DNA from: Raillietiella orientalis
Taxonomy: Eukaryota
DNA: 64,000 nucleotides
NCBI GenBank assembly: GCA_036172245.1
Contig: JAYWIR010000004.1
Coordinates: 1,178,001-1,242,000, forward strand
Reading direction: 5' to 3'
Under the pieces are notes generated by a model. It was not told where the DNA came from, did no database searches, and saw only the letters and a list, made by a program, of their open reading frames with translations. Both the position numbers and the translations under genes were made by a program. Positions 62,960 to 64,000 of this stretch are shown here, piece by piece. Numbering within the stretch: position 1 is the stretch's first letter; each line of letters begins with the position of its first letter.

Positions 62960-63471
62960 TCATTTCGCATGCACGGGAATTAGCTGAGGTACGAAGCTGA
63001 TGACTGCTTCGACTTTTGATTGGGAGTGTCCAATATTTTTCCATATCACGACCATCTGTTCATCCTGAGAAACAAACTCGCTTCCTGGGGGCAGCTGGTC
63101 AGCGTTGCAGAATCTATGCAAGAAGACAATGCAGATGGTGGAAGCCTGCGGCGGAACGGAACTACTCACGCAGTTCCATTGTGGATGTCTCCCTGCTGCA
63201 CAAAAACCGACTCGTACATGCAGTTTTTACTTTCGAGGTACAAAGTGGTGAAGACGAGTTTCACGCATTTGTTTCTGGGTGCAGTTATTACCCAGATGCA
63301 AGTAAGACTTTTTGGCCACTGAGGTGAAACCAGGGTTACCTCTTGTGTGACGTTGCCTCCGCAAATGCTGGGAGTCATCCCTATGGACACAAGAAATGTG
63401 CATCAACTCTTGTCGCTACCGGTTTCGATCCATGGCAACTGGCGGTGGACATATTGATGGAGGAGTTTCGT
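62960..63471 (-). CDS. 3' end of a CUB-domain protein. Exons (63471-63420, tentative), 63380-63170, 63113-62960; continues upstream
   Basis: ICGGNVTQEVTLVSPQWPKSLTCIWVITAPRNKCVKLVFTTLYLESKNCMYESVFVQQG..GTA|FCNADQLPPGSEFVSQDEQMVVIW fits the CUB pattern across a 56-nt GT-AG intron. SGFQIEF near 63600 may end an upstream CUB domain. Confidence 0.8.
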
Positions 63472-64000
63472 CTAAGTGGTTCTTGCAGATTTCTGAAACG
63501 CTAAAGCAAACGAGCGAGCCTCAAGAAGACCATGCAAACGTAAGAGGCTGGAGGTGGCCGGATGCGACGGGAACAATCAAGAACCGAATCGCAAACTCGA
63601 TCTGGAAGCCGGAAACCCGTTCCTCGTAATTCGATGGAGCGATCTGGCAGGAGGTTGCAGCAAAGCATCGCCCAGTTGAGAACCTCAGCACCTGATCGTA
63701 AATTTCTTGGCTGCTCCTACGGTTGAGTTCTCGAGACCATCAGACGGAAATCGTTCTGTCGATGCTCGTAGGTACGCGGCTGTTCAGAGGGCTGTTCCAA
63801 GATGTCCTCTCAAAGGGCACACGAGCAGCTTGTTTCCTGTCTTCGGAGGTTCCTTCCTGTTTGGTTTTTCCCGTTTTCCACAATTCCCAACGGGAAAAAC
63901 CGAGCGACCCATTTAGGCACGAAGTGATCCGGTAGGAAAGTTCTTCGCAGGTTGGGGAGATCACACTAGTCTGCGAAGAAGCAGCTCATCGGTCGCTGAT

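Overview
Eukaryotic, intron-containing DNA, most likely an arthropod with very short introns (many 37-58 nt). AT-rich flanks carry conserved spliced genes: the 3' part of BORCS5, WDR45/WIPI4, TAF7 (starting only 191 bp after the WDR45 stop), RBM28 and SCOC, plus the 3' end of a CUB-domain gene at the right edge. The centre (14-48 kb) holds two tandem paralogous single-Ig-domain transmembrane genes on the minus strand. They are interleaved with GC/CpG-rich islands, several decayed RLE-type non-LTR retrotransposons (one clearly NeSL/Utopia-like), a 31-nt U2 snRNA 5' fragment and a ~555-bp, ~99% identical inverted repeat. The most striking object is at 58603-59712 (minus strand): an intact ~1.1-kb retroposed element with a 12-bp target-site duplication, a tRNA-like Pol III A/B-box head, no internal T4 terminator, a 3' stem-loop and a poly(A) tail. 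Its body is an array of about 16 short GC-rich hairpins, many sharing a GGAG-[bulge]-GG...CC-CTCC base while the upper stems and loops differ. It is a candidate new class of long hairpin-array SINE or structured Pol III RNA. A decayed L1/Tx1-type LINE lies about 0.5 kb to its right. All calls come from manual reading and recalled motifs; no searches or folding programs were run.
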